Positions 37,585 to 51,430 of a stretch of 64,000 nucleotides of DNA are shown in pieces (positions within the stretch are counted from its first letter, which is position 1; each line of letters starts with the position of its first letter). The position numbers and the translations under genes are program-made. Source of the DNA: Mobula hypostoma (taxonomy: Eukaryota); assembly GCF_963921235.1 (NCBI RefSeq), contig NC_086097.1, positions 113,834,001 through 113,898,000 of the forward strand, given 5' to 3'. The notes below the pieces were generated by a model. The model was not told where the DNA came from and did not search any database. It was given only the letters and a program-made list of their open reading frames with translations.

Positions 37585-39776
37585 TCAGTGACATAAAAGC
37601 TCTTCTCAACCATGAAAAGAAAGCCTTTAGATCAGGAGAGAGGGAGGAATTGAAACATGTTCAGAGGGAGCTGAAGGAGAAGATCAAGGTGACTAAAGAG
37701 GAACACAGGAGAGAGCTGAAGAACAAGCTTGGACAGAGAAGCACACGGGAGGAGTGGAGAGGTATGAAGAACATCACTGGCTTCAATCAGCCGAGCTGTA
37801 CAGCCTCAGAATGCAGCTGTGAGTGGGGTAATGAGTTAAACTAATTCTTCAATAGGTTTGACAATTGTCCTCCTATTCACACACCCCTCAGCACACCAGT
37901 CCAGGTGTCCAGGCACCCATTGCTCCCTCAGCACCAACGCCTCCCCTCCTCCATCCTCTTCATGTGGATGAACAACACAGGCTACCACTATCTACATCCC
38001 CTCCTTGCCCTAAAACTACCATCCACACCTCCACATATCACCTGCTATCATCCCGATCTTCACCTCCCCCAGCCCCCACCTTCTATCAACCTCACAGTCA
38101 TCATGGACTCACCTTCACCACCGAGCAGGGAGAAGGGCTCTGGGGAAACTCAGACATGTCAAAGCATTGGGACTGGATGGTGTGAACCCCAAGGTCCTGA
38201 AGGAGTGTGCTGAGCAGCTGTGTGGAGTTCCCCAGTGTATTTCAATCTGAGTCTCGGCCTGGAATAAGTCCCTAGATAAGGCATCCATTAGTCTTGCGAG
38301 ACCATGGATCTGCGCCTGGAAAGTCTTCACTCTCCAGGGCACAGGCCTGGGCAAGGTTGTCTGGAAGACTGGCAGTTGCCCATGCTGCAAGTCTCCCCTC
38401 TCCACAACACCGATGTTGTCCAACGGAAGGGCATACAGCTTGGCACCAGTGTCGTCGCAGAGCAATGTGTGATTAAGTGCCTTGCTTAAGGACACAACAC
38501 GCTGCCTTGGCTGGGGCTCGAACTCACGACCTTCAGATCGTTAGTTGAATGCCTTAACCACTTGGCCACGTGCCCACACAATAGGTCCCTACTGTGTAGA
38601 AAACATCATGTGTGGTCCAAGTACCCAAGGAGGACCAACTGAAAGTCTTGAATGACTACCATCCAGTGGCCCTGACCTGACACATCATGAAGACCATAGG
38701 GAGGCTGGTCTTGACTTAGCTCCGGCCCCTGGTCAGATCAGCCCTCGATCCCTGCAGTTTGTCTACCAGGAGCACGTTAGAATCAAAGATGCTGTCATGT
38801 ACCTGCTGAGCAGAGCCTACTCCCATTTGGATGAGCAGGGCAGCACTGTGAGGATCATGTTTTCTGATTTCTCAAGTACCTTTAATACCATACAGCCCTC
38901 ATTGCTGGGGGAAAAGCTCCATTTAATGCAGGTTGGCACTTCCATCGTATCCTGGATAATGGACTATTTGACTGATAGACCACAGTTCGTGTGGCTTCAG
39001 AGCTGTGTGTCAGACATAGCTATAAGCAGCACTGGGGTCCCAGAGGGGAGTGTACTGGCTCCCTTCCTGTTTACCCTGTGTACCTCAGTCTTTAGAGACA
39101 ACACTGAGTCATGTCATCTGCAGAAATTCTCTGATGACTCAGCAATAGTTGGGTGCATAAAGGGAGGACGGGAGGATGAATACAGGGCCCTGGTGGAGGA
39201 CTTAGCCAAATGGTGCAAGCTGAATCATCTGCAGCTCAACATCTGTAAGACAAAGGAGATGGTGATGGGCTTCAGGAAGACTAAGCCTGCACTGCTCCCT
39301 GTTACTGTTGATGGTGAGGACATGGATGTGGTGAGGACCTACAAGTACCTGGGAGTGCACCTGGATGACAGACTTGAGTGGAGCACCCACACAGAGGCTG
39401 TGTACAAGAAGGGCCAGAGTCTCTTCTACTTCCTGAGGAGCCTGAGGTCCTTTGGAGTATGCAGTCCTCTCTTTCACATGTTCCACCAGTCTGTTGCCAA
39501 CAGTGCAATTTTCAATGCTGTGGTGTGCCGGGGCAAAGGCATCAACATGGGTGATGCCAACAGGTTCAATCAACTGATTAGAATGGCTGGCTCTGTTGTA
39601 AGAGTCAAACTGGACACAGTGGAGGCTGTGGTAGAACAAAGGACCCTACAGAAAATCCTGACAATTCCGGACAGTGTTTCTCACCCTCTGCATGCCACCT
39701 TATTTGTACTTGTAATACCACCGTGACACTGTAACTTCCTTTGGGATCAATAAAGTATCTATCTATCTATCTATCT
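37270..39776 (+). mobile_element. Rex1/Babar-like LINE, decayed, (tatc)n tail
   Basis: ORF 38797-39726 with DFSSTFNTI, GVPEGSVLAPFLF, KFSDDS, YKYLGVHLD. Confidence 0.88.
38275..38579 (-). mobile_element. tRNA-derived SINE with CORE-like body
   Basis: A box TGGCCAAGTGG, B box GAGTTCGAGCC, then gtgtccttaagcaaggcacttaa. TSD aata(a/g)gtcccta. Confidence 0.75.
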
Positions 39777-40139
39777 TTCTTATTTTGCTGGCTCCTTTAC
39801 TTGCCTGATATGCAAATACAGAAACATCCATTTGCAATGTACTGCTGAGTTTGTGAGAAACACCTACAGATTTCAGGGGTTACAGAAAGTCTACTGGAAA
39901 TGTTCTCTTCACCTTTAAGGAAGCATGCATTTTATTCTTAGGTGCAAAATCCTGTTCAATTTTATCTGTCTAAAACAGTGCAAAGAATGGTTTAATTATT
40001 ACCTGTCTCTATGGTGGCTATGGTTATTCAAGGATTACAAACTCTGTTAATTACAATAGATTTTGTTTATGACGCTACTTCCGTGTGAGTATCTCATTAG
40101 GGACATTAAGGCCAGTGGTACACAATGGGAGTCTGTTCC

Positions 40140-40400
40140 AGCTGTTTTGGTACAAGGATTGGAGTGATTGCCAAGCCTTTGTTAGAACCGTTCACAGCAA
40201 CTTGGAGGAGAGGTGCCGAGATGTACTAATCACTGCCCGACAAAGAAGGAAAGCAATAGCAGCAGCTCCAATTCCAGATCGACCACAGTTTTCATGTCCT
40301 TTTTGCCGACAGCTATGTTGCTCACAACTTGGGCTCAGTTTCCACCTATGAACACACAACAGAACTGCACAAATCTAATTCTCGTCATCGGATACAACAG
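40140..40400 (+). mobile_element. RTE-like LINE 3' fragment
   Basis: RQRRK...FSCPFCRQLCCSQLGLSFHL C-terminal zinc-finger-like motif. Confidence 0.5.
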
Positions 40401-41319
40401 TCAACTAATCACACAAACAGAAGTACTTAAGCCACGGTAAATTCAGAGCAAACATCTCGATCTTTGCTCGGGTGGAGAAATAAAATCAGATACAATTTTC
40501 TTGATGTAATGAACTGCTTCTGAGCGAATGGGAAAAAGTCAGAAAAAAAAGATAAATAATAAAGCTTTTCTCATTCATCCTTTTAAAAAAAAGTTCTTGT
40601 AAATTCTCAAGTTTCCTCAAGAAGAGACGAGTTGAGAAAACTGCTATTGTAAACCCTCCAAAAATAGAATCCTCCTCTATCAGATAAAGGAGATTGTAGT
40701 TTGATTAAGCTTAAACATTTTTTAACTCCGCCGTGGACAGTCTTAAACCTGGCTGTGAAAGGTAGTGGGTTGGGCATGGGGCTAGCAATCCTATCCCATA
40801 AAAACCCGGTGCTGCAGAAACACCAACAGAAGCTCTTAAGATCTCATCCCTGGGAGAGGAAGGATAGAGTAGATGAGCTACAGCTGGGGACAATTTGAAA
40901 GGGTAGAGGCCCAGGAGTGAGTACTCCAGCGAGCTGCTATCAACGGCCAATGCCCCAGTAGGGGGATGAGCTTAAGAAGAAGAAGAAGAAGAAATATCTA
41001 AGCATGTTTACTTGTACCCAGATTATCAGGCATAATGCACTCTTTATGAGTAATAGGCATGTTTTGAAGTATTCAAATTGAAAGGTCAGACCAAGGTTTC
41101 ATACCATTTCTCTTTGCATTGGCATTGACTTTGAGATTCAATATTCTTTGATCTTACTGTTAAAAGAAAACAAGCTTTTTCTTGTGTGTTGATCCTCAAA
41201 ATAATTATTTTGAAATCTTTATTTATTCAAGTTTTAGGATCAGGAGAATTTAGGCAAGACCAATATTCATTGCCTGTTGCAATGGCTCTTGCAACCTGGA
41301 GCAATATGATTCTTGTTTT

Positions 41320-41670
41320 AAACAAAAATAATCTTTATTTATAATAAAATATATGCAGTATACAAAAGACGAAACAGTGTAAAACATTTACATTCATGGT
41401 CATTGCATTCTGTCATGTTAACTTATTTTTTAAATCATTAACACTTATGAGATACACACTACATGGTTTGAGAGGCTTCTCCATCTGACTCAGCACCTCT
41501 ATGTGTGGTAGCAGAAGGATGCTATACTGTGGTCCTTCCCTACAAAGACTTTGCATTGGCCACACTGAGCTTCAGTGCATCCCTCAGTATGTACTTCTGC
41601 ATCACAGGATGTGCCAGTCGATAGCATTCCCCCACGGACATCTCGCTGTGCTGGAAGACCAAGTTAAACT
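41320..41670 (-). mobile_element. Tx1-like LINE 3' fragment
   Basis: Homologous to 43320-43670. Confidence 0.65.
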
Positions 41671-43314
41671 TCTAAGCAAACTGAATGCATTCCCCTCCCC
41701 CAATGCACTCAGCAACCTTAACACTCGTTTTTATCTGCTGTTTAATTTGCTTTAACATACTTCTCCATTCATTCATTACACATCGTCCAGCTATCTGTTG
41801 TGCAATCAAACACATTTATCTTTCCGATGTAGCCAGCCATTTTTGCTAATTTATTTATTATTACCCACTAGTCACTATTTATGAACATATGACTGCATTC
41901 ATTGTTTGTTAATTTTGTCTGTTTTTAGACGTTTTTTAAAAACTCAAACTTCTGTCTCGCTCTCTGAAGAAAGACATGCTGCATTTCAACATGTATGTTG
42001 TCTTGGGTTCATTTTAAAACTTCCTCATTGCACTAATATGTTTTCTAACTCTAGAACCTAATCAAAAATAAAATACTGGTCTACTTCGTTTTTTTCCCCC
42101 CTTTTTTTAGTGGGATGCTCACAAATGACATGGTGGCATAATTACGTATGCCTTTCACGCACTTCTTATCGTTAAACCTAAATGAATTATGTAAACCAAC
42201 AGACAGCTTAATCAAATTATTTACAATATTACTGAAATATTAAATACACTACAGTAACAATCCATGTTATTTTATATTTTATAAGTAATTGCTGAAAAGT
42301 AGTGCTTGGTGGATTGGAAAGGATGCAAGACAAGCAAGCTCTGTTTTTGGAGCCTCACTCCCCACACCCACATAAAAATTCTTTTTGTATGTTTTGTTTG
42401 GAACCTGCCTGTCAAGAAGATTGTAAACTTTAAAACTGCTCTCACCTCTTAGGGACTTGTTTCTTTGCTGTTGCAACTGTTTACATTTGTAGACAGAGAA
42501 CTCTTCAGAGGCAAGTAAGAATCAAGATTTGGTTTCTGTTTTCATTTATCTGTCTTTTTTATCACCACACCCCTCTCTATTTTCCAACCCTGTTTCTCAC
42601 ATAATCATGTTCTGTTTTCTCCTTTCTCTTTCGGGTTGTGACTTAAAACCTCCGAAGTAATCTATGAGCTAAGTGTGAGGAAAAGGTTTGGTTTAAGATG
42701 GAAGAACAACTTAGCTGATTTTAAAATGAAAACAGAAATTTTTGGAAAACAAATCTGGCCAGGCAGCATCTGTGGAGGGAGAACTAACCGTGTTAATTCA
42801 ATGATCTTTCAGTGGAGCTGAACATGTTATTATGATCACTCTACATTTATGAATAATTACTTGTCTAATAAAAGACAATATTGCAGAGAGATGGGTTTCC
42901 TTGTTCTGAACCAATTGAATTACTGCAACTGAGCTCCAGACAGAGATCACCCACTATAGAAAGTTCAAAAAAACTAAAGATCAAAGATGAAATTTATTAT
43001 CAAATATGTGTACCATTTACAACCTTGAGATTCATCTTCTTGCGGGCAGCTACAAAATAACGAAACCCATCAGAATCCATGAAAACCACACACAACAAAG
43101 ACCACCAAGCACGTGCAAAACAGGACAAATTGCATAAATGGTAAGAAAAAGCAAATAAAATAACACAGAAAACATGAGCGGAGTCGAGTCATTAGTAATT
43201 GAAGAATTATTTTTAAATCTTTAACTATTCAAATTTTAGGAACTGGGCATTATAGATATGGCCAATATTTCCACCTGTTGCAATGGCCCTTGCAACCTGA
43301 AGTAATATGATTCT

Positions 43315-44640
43315 CTTTTTCTAAAAATAAATTTTATTTATAATAAAATATATACGGGATAGAAAAGATGAAACAGTGAAAAACTTCTACATTCATAGTC
43401 ATTTCATTCTGTAGTGTTAGCCTATTTTTTAATTATTACCGCTTATGTGATACACCCTACATGGTTTGGGGGGCTTCCCCATCTGACTCAGCCTCTCCAT
43501 GTGTGGTAATGGAAGGTTGCTACACTGTGGTCCTTCCCCATAGGGCCTCTGCATTGGCCACTCTGAGCTTCAGCGTGCCCCTCAGCACTTATGCCTGCAG
43601 TCTAGAGTGTACCAGTCGATACCCTTCCTCCACAGACGTCTCGCTGTGCTGGAAGACCAACAAGTTTTAAGCCGACCAAAGGGTGTCTTTCTCTGAGCTG
43701 ATGATCTTCCGGTAGCACTTGATGCCTGTCAGAAGAGCTCGTAGATTAGAGGGTCCTCTGCTACACAGTTGTTGGGAATGAACTGAGACAAAAAGCTTTG
43801 CATCTACTTCCACTCCTTCTTTAGCAAATCCAGCTTGCAAAGAAGTGGGTGACTGTCTCTTTCCTGCTGCAGCTATCCCAAGGGCAGCGTGCGCTGCAGA
43901 TGACATGTTGTCTGCACAAAAAGGAACTGACTGTGAGGGCCCTTCTCACCATCATCTAAGCTAGGTTTGGATCCTTTCTGGACAGTTCTTGTGAGGAAGC
44001 ATTCTTCCAAATGATTTGTTCAGTTTGCTCAGGGAACTACCCCACAGTGTCTATAGAGTCCCTGTCCCACATGTCTGCAGGATGTACCATGCTGACCATT
44101 GCCTGTGGTCAAGGGTGCTGGCTTGGAAGGGTTCTTCAAAAGGCAGGTAGTGTGGCAATGTCCAGGTAACTGGGATGTTGCACAGTGGTGGGACCAGACC
44201 TACCCTCCTCAGCACCTGAGACAGGTAGAACTTCAGCACTTCAGCCCAGAGGGCTTGCAGGGAGAACTTCCTAGCAATTTTTGAGTAGATTACAAGGTCG
44301 GCACAACATTGTGGGCTGAAGGGCCTGTAATGTGCTGTAAATTTCTATGTTTCTATGTCCAGTGACACCCTGTCCCACGTGCTTCAGTTCCACAGACAGC
44401 CTGATGCAGCCACACACAAAAGTGGTAATCAGAATGAGGGCAACGTTGTATATGCTTCTGCCCCCATTCTCAGGGCACGTGTGCATCGTGGCCTGTCAGA
44501 CTTGCCCCATCTTGGGTACCCAGATGAACTGGAGGACAGCCCGTGTGATGACTGAGGCAGAGGAGAAGGAGATGGGCCACACCTGTGCCAAGTACAGCAT
44601 CCCTGAGAGCACCCAATGACAAAGTTCTTCCCAGTTATTG
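43315..44640 (-). mobile_element. Tx1-like LINE 3' portion, decayed
   Basis: Minus translation KDTLWSA*NLLVFQ...LVHSRLQA*VLRGTLKL...ALWGRTTV* followed by an AATAAA/A-rich end. Confidence 0.7.
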
Positions 44641-44955
44641 ACAGAGAGTGCTATTTCCACAGACCCAAATTTTGTTTAACCTTCCCAGAAGACCCCGCCA
44701 TTGAGACTTGACTCCTGGACCCCAGGAGCACCCAATACAGAGGCTCAGCACTGAAGTGTGAAAAGCCAAAAAGCAGGAGCATATGACCTAGCCAGAAGTC
44801 TGACCTTCGGAAGCAGCAGGGGTTGAGTTCCAAGGCTTAGCTCCGTGCAAGGCCCAACGCATGGAAGGAAAAGGGACTGAGTCCCATGCCTAATTGGATC
44901 AAGCAGACTGAAAAGTTTGAGCATGCAGATATTAAGAAAGAGGTTGTGCTGGAGT

Positions 44956-46606
44956 CTTTCAGTTGACTTTATTTCAGGGAATGTATTTTATTTTTTAGAT
45001 TTTCAGTTTTCCGGAGGTCTGAAATGTTGGCTGAAAGGTTTGCTCTAATCAAAATCAGAAAAGGAGTAATTCTGACATTGTTATTGTGTCTCTGGAATGA
45101 CTTACCTTCCTCCCCAGCCTCATTACTTTCACTTTACTGGAAACAAGCTTTTCTTTGCTCGGAACAGCTGTAAGCATTTTGTATGTTTAAGGGTGTAACC
45201 AAATTAACACACTTGCAAGATGGAAATTCACTGATGCAAAGCTGGCAGGATGCTTGCAGCTTGTCTGTTTCACAAATCCTTAATGAAATGACATTTAGAT
45301 TTTAACTATTGCTTTTAACGGTTAAACCCATTCTTTCTTTGTCTTCTCTCTGTCTACACCTCGCCTTTGAGTTAGATGCTTTCACTTTGCTTACCTGATT
45401 CATACCGTACCTAGTTTCATTTTGATGACCAAGAGATAATGATTTCTTTAAGAACAAAATCCAAATTTATTTGTCAATTGTCAAAGTTGTTAGTTATCTA
45501 CCACTTTGCCGTGACCTGTTAAACCAGCATGCAAAGTATGCTTTTGACATGTTGACATATATCACAAGTTCTGTGTTTGCTTGGCTTTAAAAATTTGGCT
45601 GGTGAGTCTCTATATTACAACAGTGAACAGCTTTAATGCAGAAATTCCTCTCAGGACACTAAAAGTGTTCATAAAATAAAGTTTGAAGCAAAATATATTA
45701 GCAGATAGGATTCAGGTTCATTCATTTCTCACATGCACATTGAAACATACAATGAAATGCATCAAATGGTCCCTGAACACTAGGCCTCAAACTCCAGTCT
45801 TGCCGACCTGAGTAACCATGGCACCCCCATCATCGCTGGTCTGCTGTTTTAACATCCAACCATATCCGTGTTGCCGGCCTTCGGAAGTGGAACAGAGGCT
45901 TAGGTTCTAACCTGTCCTAATTCCTCAATATCCCTGTCCCTAACTACTTACCCCACCCCTGACTTCTCTCTATGTTCCCAAAACCATCCCAAAAAACTGA
46001 AAGAACCTAAAAAAAACAACTAATTTTTAGCCACGACCTGGATGGAGACTGCAACTCGGCGCCATCTTAAGGAAAAAACGGAGAGGCACCTGTCTGTTCC
46101 TAATGCATAGCAATCAACTCACAGTGAAGATTAATCTGCAGCGGCCTCACTCTGTCTCACCCATAACCCTTTACACCCATGACTGTACTGCCACACACAA
46201 CTCCAATCTGCTGATCAAATTTGCAGATGACACAACTTTGATTGATACAGTGGTGACAGGATAACAACCTCTCCCTCAATGTCCAAAAAACATTTAAAGT
46301 TGCATACAGCTCCATACCTCCCCCCGACTTGGAAGATCAGATCACAACTCAGTTCACCTCATGCCCTTGTATAAGCCCAAAGTACAGCAACAGCTAGTTA
46401 TCACCAAGATAGTAAAGAAGTGGTCTCCAGAGGCCCATGAGGCCTTGAATGCTTTGTGATTACTGACTGGATTGTGCTTTGTGAACCACTTGGGGAGGAC
46501 ATTAATGGTCTGAATGATTGCATCACTGGCTACATCAGCTTCTGTGGGGACACTGCGATACCATCATGAACTGTTCACTGCTTCCCTAACAACAAACCAT
46601 GGGTCA
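44956..46606 (+). repeat. Direct duplication, copy 2
   Basis: Near-identical to 35931-37584; joins a CR1 fragment via ggtca. Confidence 0.97.
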
Positions 46607-47115
46607 CCTCACTACAGGAAGGATGTGGAAACCATAGAAAGGGTGCAGAGGAGATTTACAAGGATGTTGCCTGGATTGGGGAGCATGCCTTATGAGAATA
46701 GGTTGAGTGAACTCGGCCTTTTCTCCTTGGAGCGACGGAGGATGAGAGGTGACCTGATAGAGGTGTATAAGATGATGAGAGGCATTGATCGTGTGGGTAG
46801 TCAGAAGCTTTTTCCCAGGGCTGAAATGGTTGCCACAAGAGGACACAGGTTGAAGGTGCTGGGGCGTAGTTACAGAGGAGATGTTAGGGGTAAGTTTTTT
46901 ACTCAGAGAGTGGTGAGTGCGTGGAATGGGCTGCCTGTAACGGTGGTGGAGGTGGATACAAAAAGGTCTTTTAAGAGACTTTTGGATAGGTACATGGAGC
47001 TTAGAAAAATAAAGGGCTATAGGTAAGCCTAGTAATTTCTAAGGTAGGGGCATGTTCGGCACAACTTTGTGGGCTGAAGGGCCTGTATTGTGCTGTAGGT
47101 TTTCTCTGTTTCTAA
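46602..47115 (+). mobile_element. CR1 3' fragment
   Basis: SPHYRKDVETIERVQRRFTRMLPG...RRRMRGDLIEVYK. Confidence 0.88.
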
Positions 47116-47394
47116 ATGCTAGCGCTCCTCTGATTGGAAACCTAATCCTGTGGAGTAACTGGGCTGGGCCCTAATTACTAAGCAGCCCACTCCTCTTCAG
47201 GACCTTCAGGTCTGCGTGGGAACAACTTACCTTACTGGCAGGCTGAATCCACTCCTGGTTTTCCAAGTCTGTCCTTAAGCAGTCGTCTATCTTCTAGTCC
47301 AGGTGGATTGATTCCAGGACTCGAGGACTGACCAGACAGGAGGTGTGGTAAGAGGCTGGGCTGCAGCTGAGGCTGAAACTGAAATAGCATGAAA

Positions 47395-50300
47395 GATTTA
47401 TCCACCCTCAGACCATTAAGCTTCCTGAGCACCTTCTCAGTCGTAATTTTCACTGCACAAACTTCACTTCCCTGAATGTCCGGTATACTGCAGACATCTT
47501 CCACTGTGAAGACTGATACAAAATACGCATTCAGTTTCTCTGCCATCTCTGCATCTCTAATCTCCAGCATCATTTTGTATCAGTCCTATATCTACCCTCG
47601 ACTCTCTTTTACCCTTTATATACTTTAAAAAACTTTTAGTATCTTCTTAGATATAAGTCGCCAGCTTCCTTTCATAATTCATCTTTTCCTTCCTAATGAC
47701 CTTCTTAGTTTCCTTCTGCAAGTTTTTAAAAGCTTCCCAATTCTCTATTTTCCCACTAGCTCTGGCTTTCTTGTATGCCCTCTCTTTTGTTTTTACTTTG
47801 GCTCTGACCTCACTTATCAGCCACGGTAGTGTACTTCTTCCCTTTGACAATTTCTTATTTGAAATATAACTGTCTTGCACTTCCCTCATTTTTCACAAAA
47901 ACTCCAGCCATTACCGCTCTGCTGTCCTTCCTGTAAATATTCCTTTCCAGTCAACTTTGGCCAGTTCACCTCTCATGCCATTGTAATTTCTTTTATTCCA
48001 CTGAAATACCGACACATTGGTTTTTATTTTTTCCCTCTGACATTTCAATGTGAACTCGATCAGATTGTGATCACTGTTCCCTAAGAGTTCCTTGACCTTA
48101 AGCTCTCTTATCACCTCTGGATCATTGCATAACACCCACTCCAGCACAGCTGATCCCTTAGTGGGCTCAACAACAAGCTGCTCTAAAAAGCCATCCTTTA
48201 GACATTTTACAAATTCTCTCTCTTGAGGTCCAGTACTAGCATGGTTTTCCCAATCCACTTTCATGTTAAAATCCCTAATGATTATCACGACATTGCCTTT
48301 CTGACACACCTTTTCTATCTCCTGCTGTAATTTGTAATCCACACCTACCTGCTGTTTTGGAGGCCTGTATGCAACTGCCATTAGGGTCCTTTCACCCTCG
48401 CCATTTCTTAGCTCAACCCATAGAGACTCAACAACTTCCAATCCTATGTCATCTCTTTCTAATGATTTAATATTATTTCTTATACACAGAGCCACACCAC
48501 CCCCTCTACCTACTAACCTATCTTTTCGATACACCATATATCCTTGGATGTTCAGCTCACAATGACAGCCATCCTTTAGCCAAATTCCAGAGATAGCCAC
48601 AACATCATATTTGTCAATCTATAGCTGAATTTCAAGATCATCCATGTTATTCATGCTGTATTCTTTACTAATCTTCTACACTACCCACAACTCCACTAAT
48701 TTTGGTATCATCCACAAATTTAGTAAGCCTCCACCCCATCTACATTTCATCCAGATCATTTATATACATCACAAACAGCAGAGGTCCCAGCACAGATTCC
48801 TGTGGAACACCACTAATTACAGATCTCCAGCTCAATTAAATCCCTTCGACCAATACCCTCTGTCTTCTACACACAAGCCAGTTCTGAATCCAAAAAGCCA
48901 ATTCACTGCACACCACATGCATCCTAATCTTGTGGGTTAGCCTCCCACAAGGGACTTTGAAAAACACCCTACTAAAATCTATGTAGGCAACATCCACTAA
49001 TCTACCTTCATCAATCTCACTCGTCACCTTATCGAAAACCTCAATCAAGTTGGTAAGACACCACTTGCCCCACAAACCATGCTGGCCCTTCATAATTAGG
49101 CCATGGGTTTCCAAATGCTCATATATCCTATCCCTGAGCATTTTCTCCAGAAATTTACCTACAACTGATGTGTGTATCTCAGCTCTATAGTTCCCAGGAT
49201 TTTCCCTTGTTCCCTTCTTAAATAGAGATACAATATTACCAACTCGCCAGCCCTCTGGGACCTCGCCTGTGCCTAGAGAGGACATGAAGATACTGGTCAA
49301 GACCCCAGCAATTTTGTCTCTTGCCTCTCTCAATAACCTGGGGTAAATCCACTCAGGCCCTGGGGATTTATCCACCTTAATACTCATTAGGAGCCCCAAC
49401 AGCTCTCCTCCTTGTTCTCTAAACAGCGTAACATATTTATACATTCAGCACTGATCTCTTGGTCGTCCATGTCCTTTTCCTTGGTAATTACTGAAGCAAA
49501 TTACTCATTACATAGTTCACTAACGTTCTCCACTTCCAAGCAAATGTTCCCCTTTTTAACCTTGAGTGGTTCTACCCAAGTTATCCTATTGCTCTTGATG
49601 TACCTTAACCTTACTTGCCAAGGACTTTTCATGGTACCTCCTAGTTTTCCTAATCCCCTTTTTAAATACTTTTCTGGCTTCTTTATAATCCTCATGTGCT
49701 CATTTTATTTCTAACTTCTGAAGCTTTACATAGTTTTCTTTTTTCTTCTTGACTAAATTCATCATCTCTCCAGACATCCAAGGTTCTTTCCATTTCTTTC
49801 CATCCTTGTTCCTTCTAACAGGAACATACCTTTCCTATAGTCTGTGCAATTGATCTTTAAATACCCTCCACATATCTGATGTGAACTTGCCAGAAAAAAA
49901 TGTGCTCACAATGAACTCTTCTTAGTTCCTGCCTATTGTTCTCATAATTTGCCCTACTCCAATTTAAGACTCCCACAAGGATCATACCTATCCTTATCTA
50001 TAACTGTCCTGAAAGTTAAGGAGTGTGGCCACCCTTCCCTAACTGTTCACCCACTGAATAGTCTGTCGCCTGGCCAGGCTCGTTATCCAACACCCGGTCC
50101 AGTACGGCCTTTCCTCTCATTGGATCACCTACATATTGATTTAAAAAACCTTCCTGGATAAGTTTAACACATTTTGCCCCATCTAAACCACTTGCACTAT
50201 AGTCCCGATTTATATTAGGGGAGTTGAAATCCCCCATGTCAATGACCTTATGATGTTTGCACATTTCCTTAATCTGTTTACATATCTGTTCCTCAATGTC

Positions 50301-50580
50301 CCGGTGGTTACTGGGGGGTCTGTAGTACAATCCCATCAGTGTGATTGTACCCTTCCTGTTCCTGAGTTCTACCCAAACGGACTCTGTCTGATCCCTCCAT
50401 TATGTCTCCCTTGAGTGCAGCTGTAATATTGTCCCTGATTGGTAGTGCAACTCCCTTCCTCCTCCCTTTTAACTCCTTTTCTATCTTTTCTAATACTTTG
50501 TAAACCTGGGACATACGTCACCCATTCCTGCCCTTCTCTCAACCAGGTTTTAGTAATGGCCACAGCATGATAGTTCTATA
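47395..50580 (-). mobile_element. Two adjacent decayed CR1 LINE segments
   Basis: 47395-48640 endonuclease and linker (GRGGGVAL, SDHN). 48650-50580 endonuclease to RT (PGNYR, CLTNLIE, VDVAYIDF). Confidence 0.85.
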
Positions 50581-51014
50581 TACTAAAAAAGTCCCTTGCG
50601 GGGTATCTGGTTGTTTAGTGAGCTTCCCACAAAACATCACCATATGTTGCCAGCGCCATCTTGGAACATCCAATTTACCACAGACTGTGTATTGTTCTTG
50701 AGGCTGCAGTTCACTATAAAGCATCTGGCGAACTACTAAACATACAGAAATATTGAGGAAGATGAACTAATCCTTATCTAACCCATTTCCCAGTTATATA
50801 ATAATCCCCAATGAAACTACTTATGAGATGTTGAGTTCTAAACTGGGGATTTGATAAACATGTCTCTCCCTTACCCTTTAGTTGTTTTTTTATTTAATTC
50901 ATTGGAATTGCTTCAAGATATACTTTGTTCTAGAAATCCCATTACATTTTTATCCAGTGGTACTAATGCAGTTTACAAGTTCAAAAAGGCATTGATCTAG
51001 AAACTCTTGTCATA

Positions 51015-51430
51015 AACAAGAGAAAATCTGCAGATGCTGGAAGTCCGAGCAACACACAGAAAATGCTGGAGGAACTCAGCAGGCCAGGCAGCATCTATGG
51101 AAAAAAGCACAGTCGATGTTTCAGGCCGAAACCCTTTGGCAGGACTGGAGAAAAAAAGCTGAGGAGTAGATTTGAAAGGTGGGGAAGGGGAGAGAGAAAC
51201 ATCAGGCGATAGGTGAAACTTGGAGGAGGAGGGATGAAGCAAAGAGCTAGGAAGTTGATTGGTGAAAGAGACAGAAGGCCATGGAAGAAGGAAAAGGGGA
51301 GGGATGGAGGAGCACCAGAGGGAGGTGATGGGTAGTCAAGGAGATGACATGAGAGAGGGAAAAGGGGATGGGAAATGATGAAGGAGGAGGAGTCATTACT
51401 GGAAGTTTGAGAAATCAATGTTCATGCCAT
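51015..51430 (-). mobile_element. PLE pLTR fragment
   Basis: Same terminal sequence as the other PLEs; decayed hammerhead core. Confidence 0.8.

Noticed and set aside
38500..38579. tRNA-like A/B boxes
   Set aside because: SINE head with body, tail and TSD, not a tRNA gene.
43270..43312. Possible snRNA target next to the Tx1 end
   Set aside because: No match by eye to U1 or U2 as I recall them.
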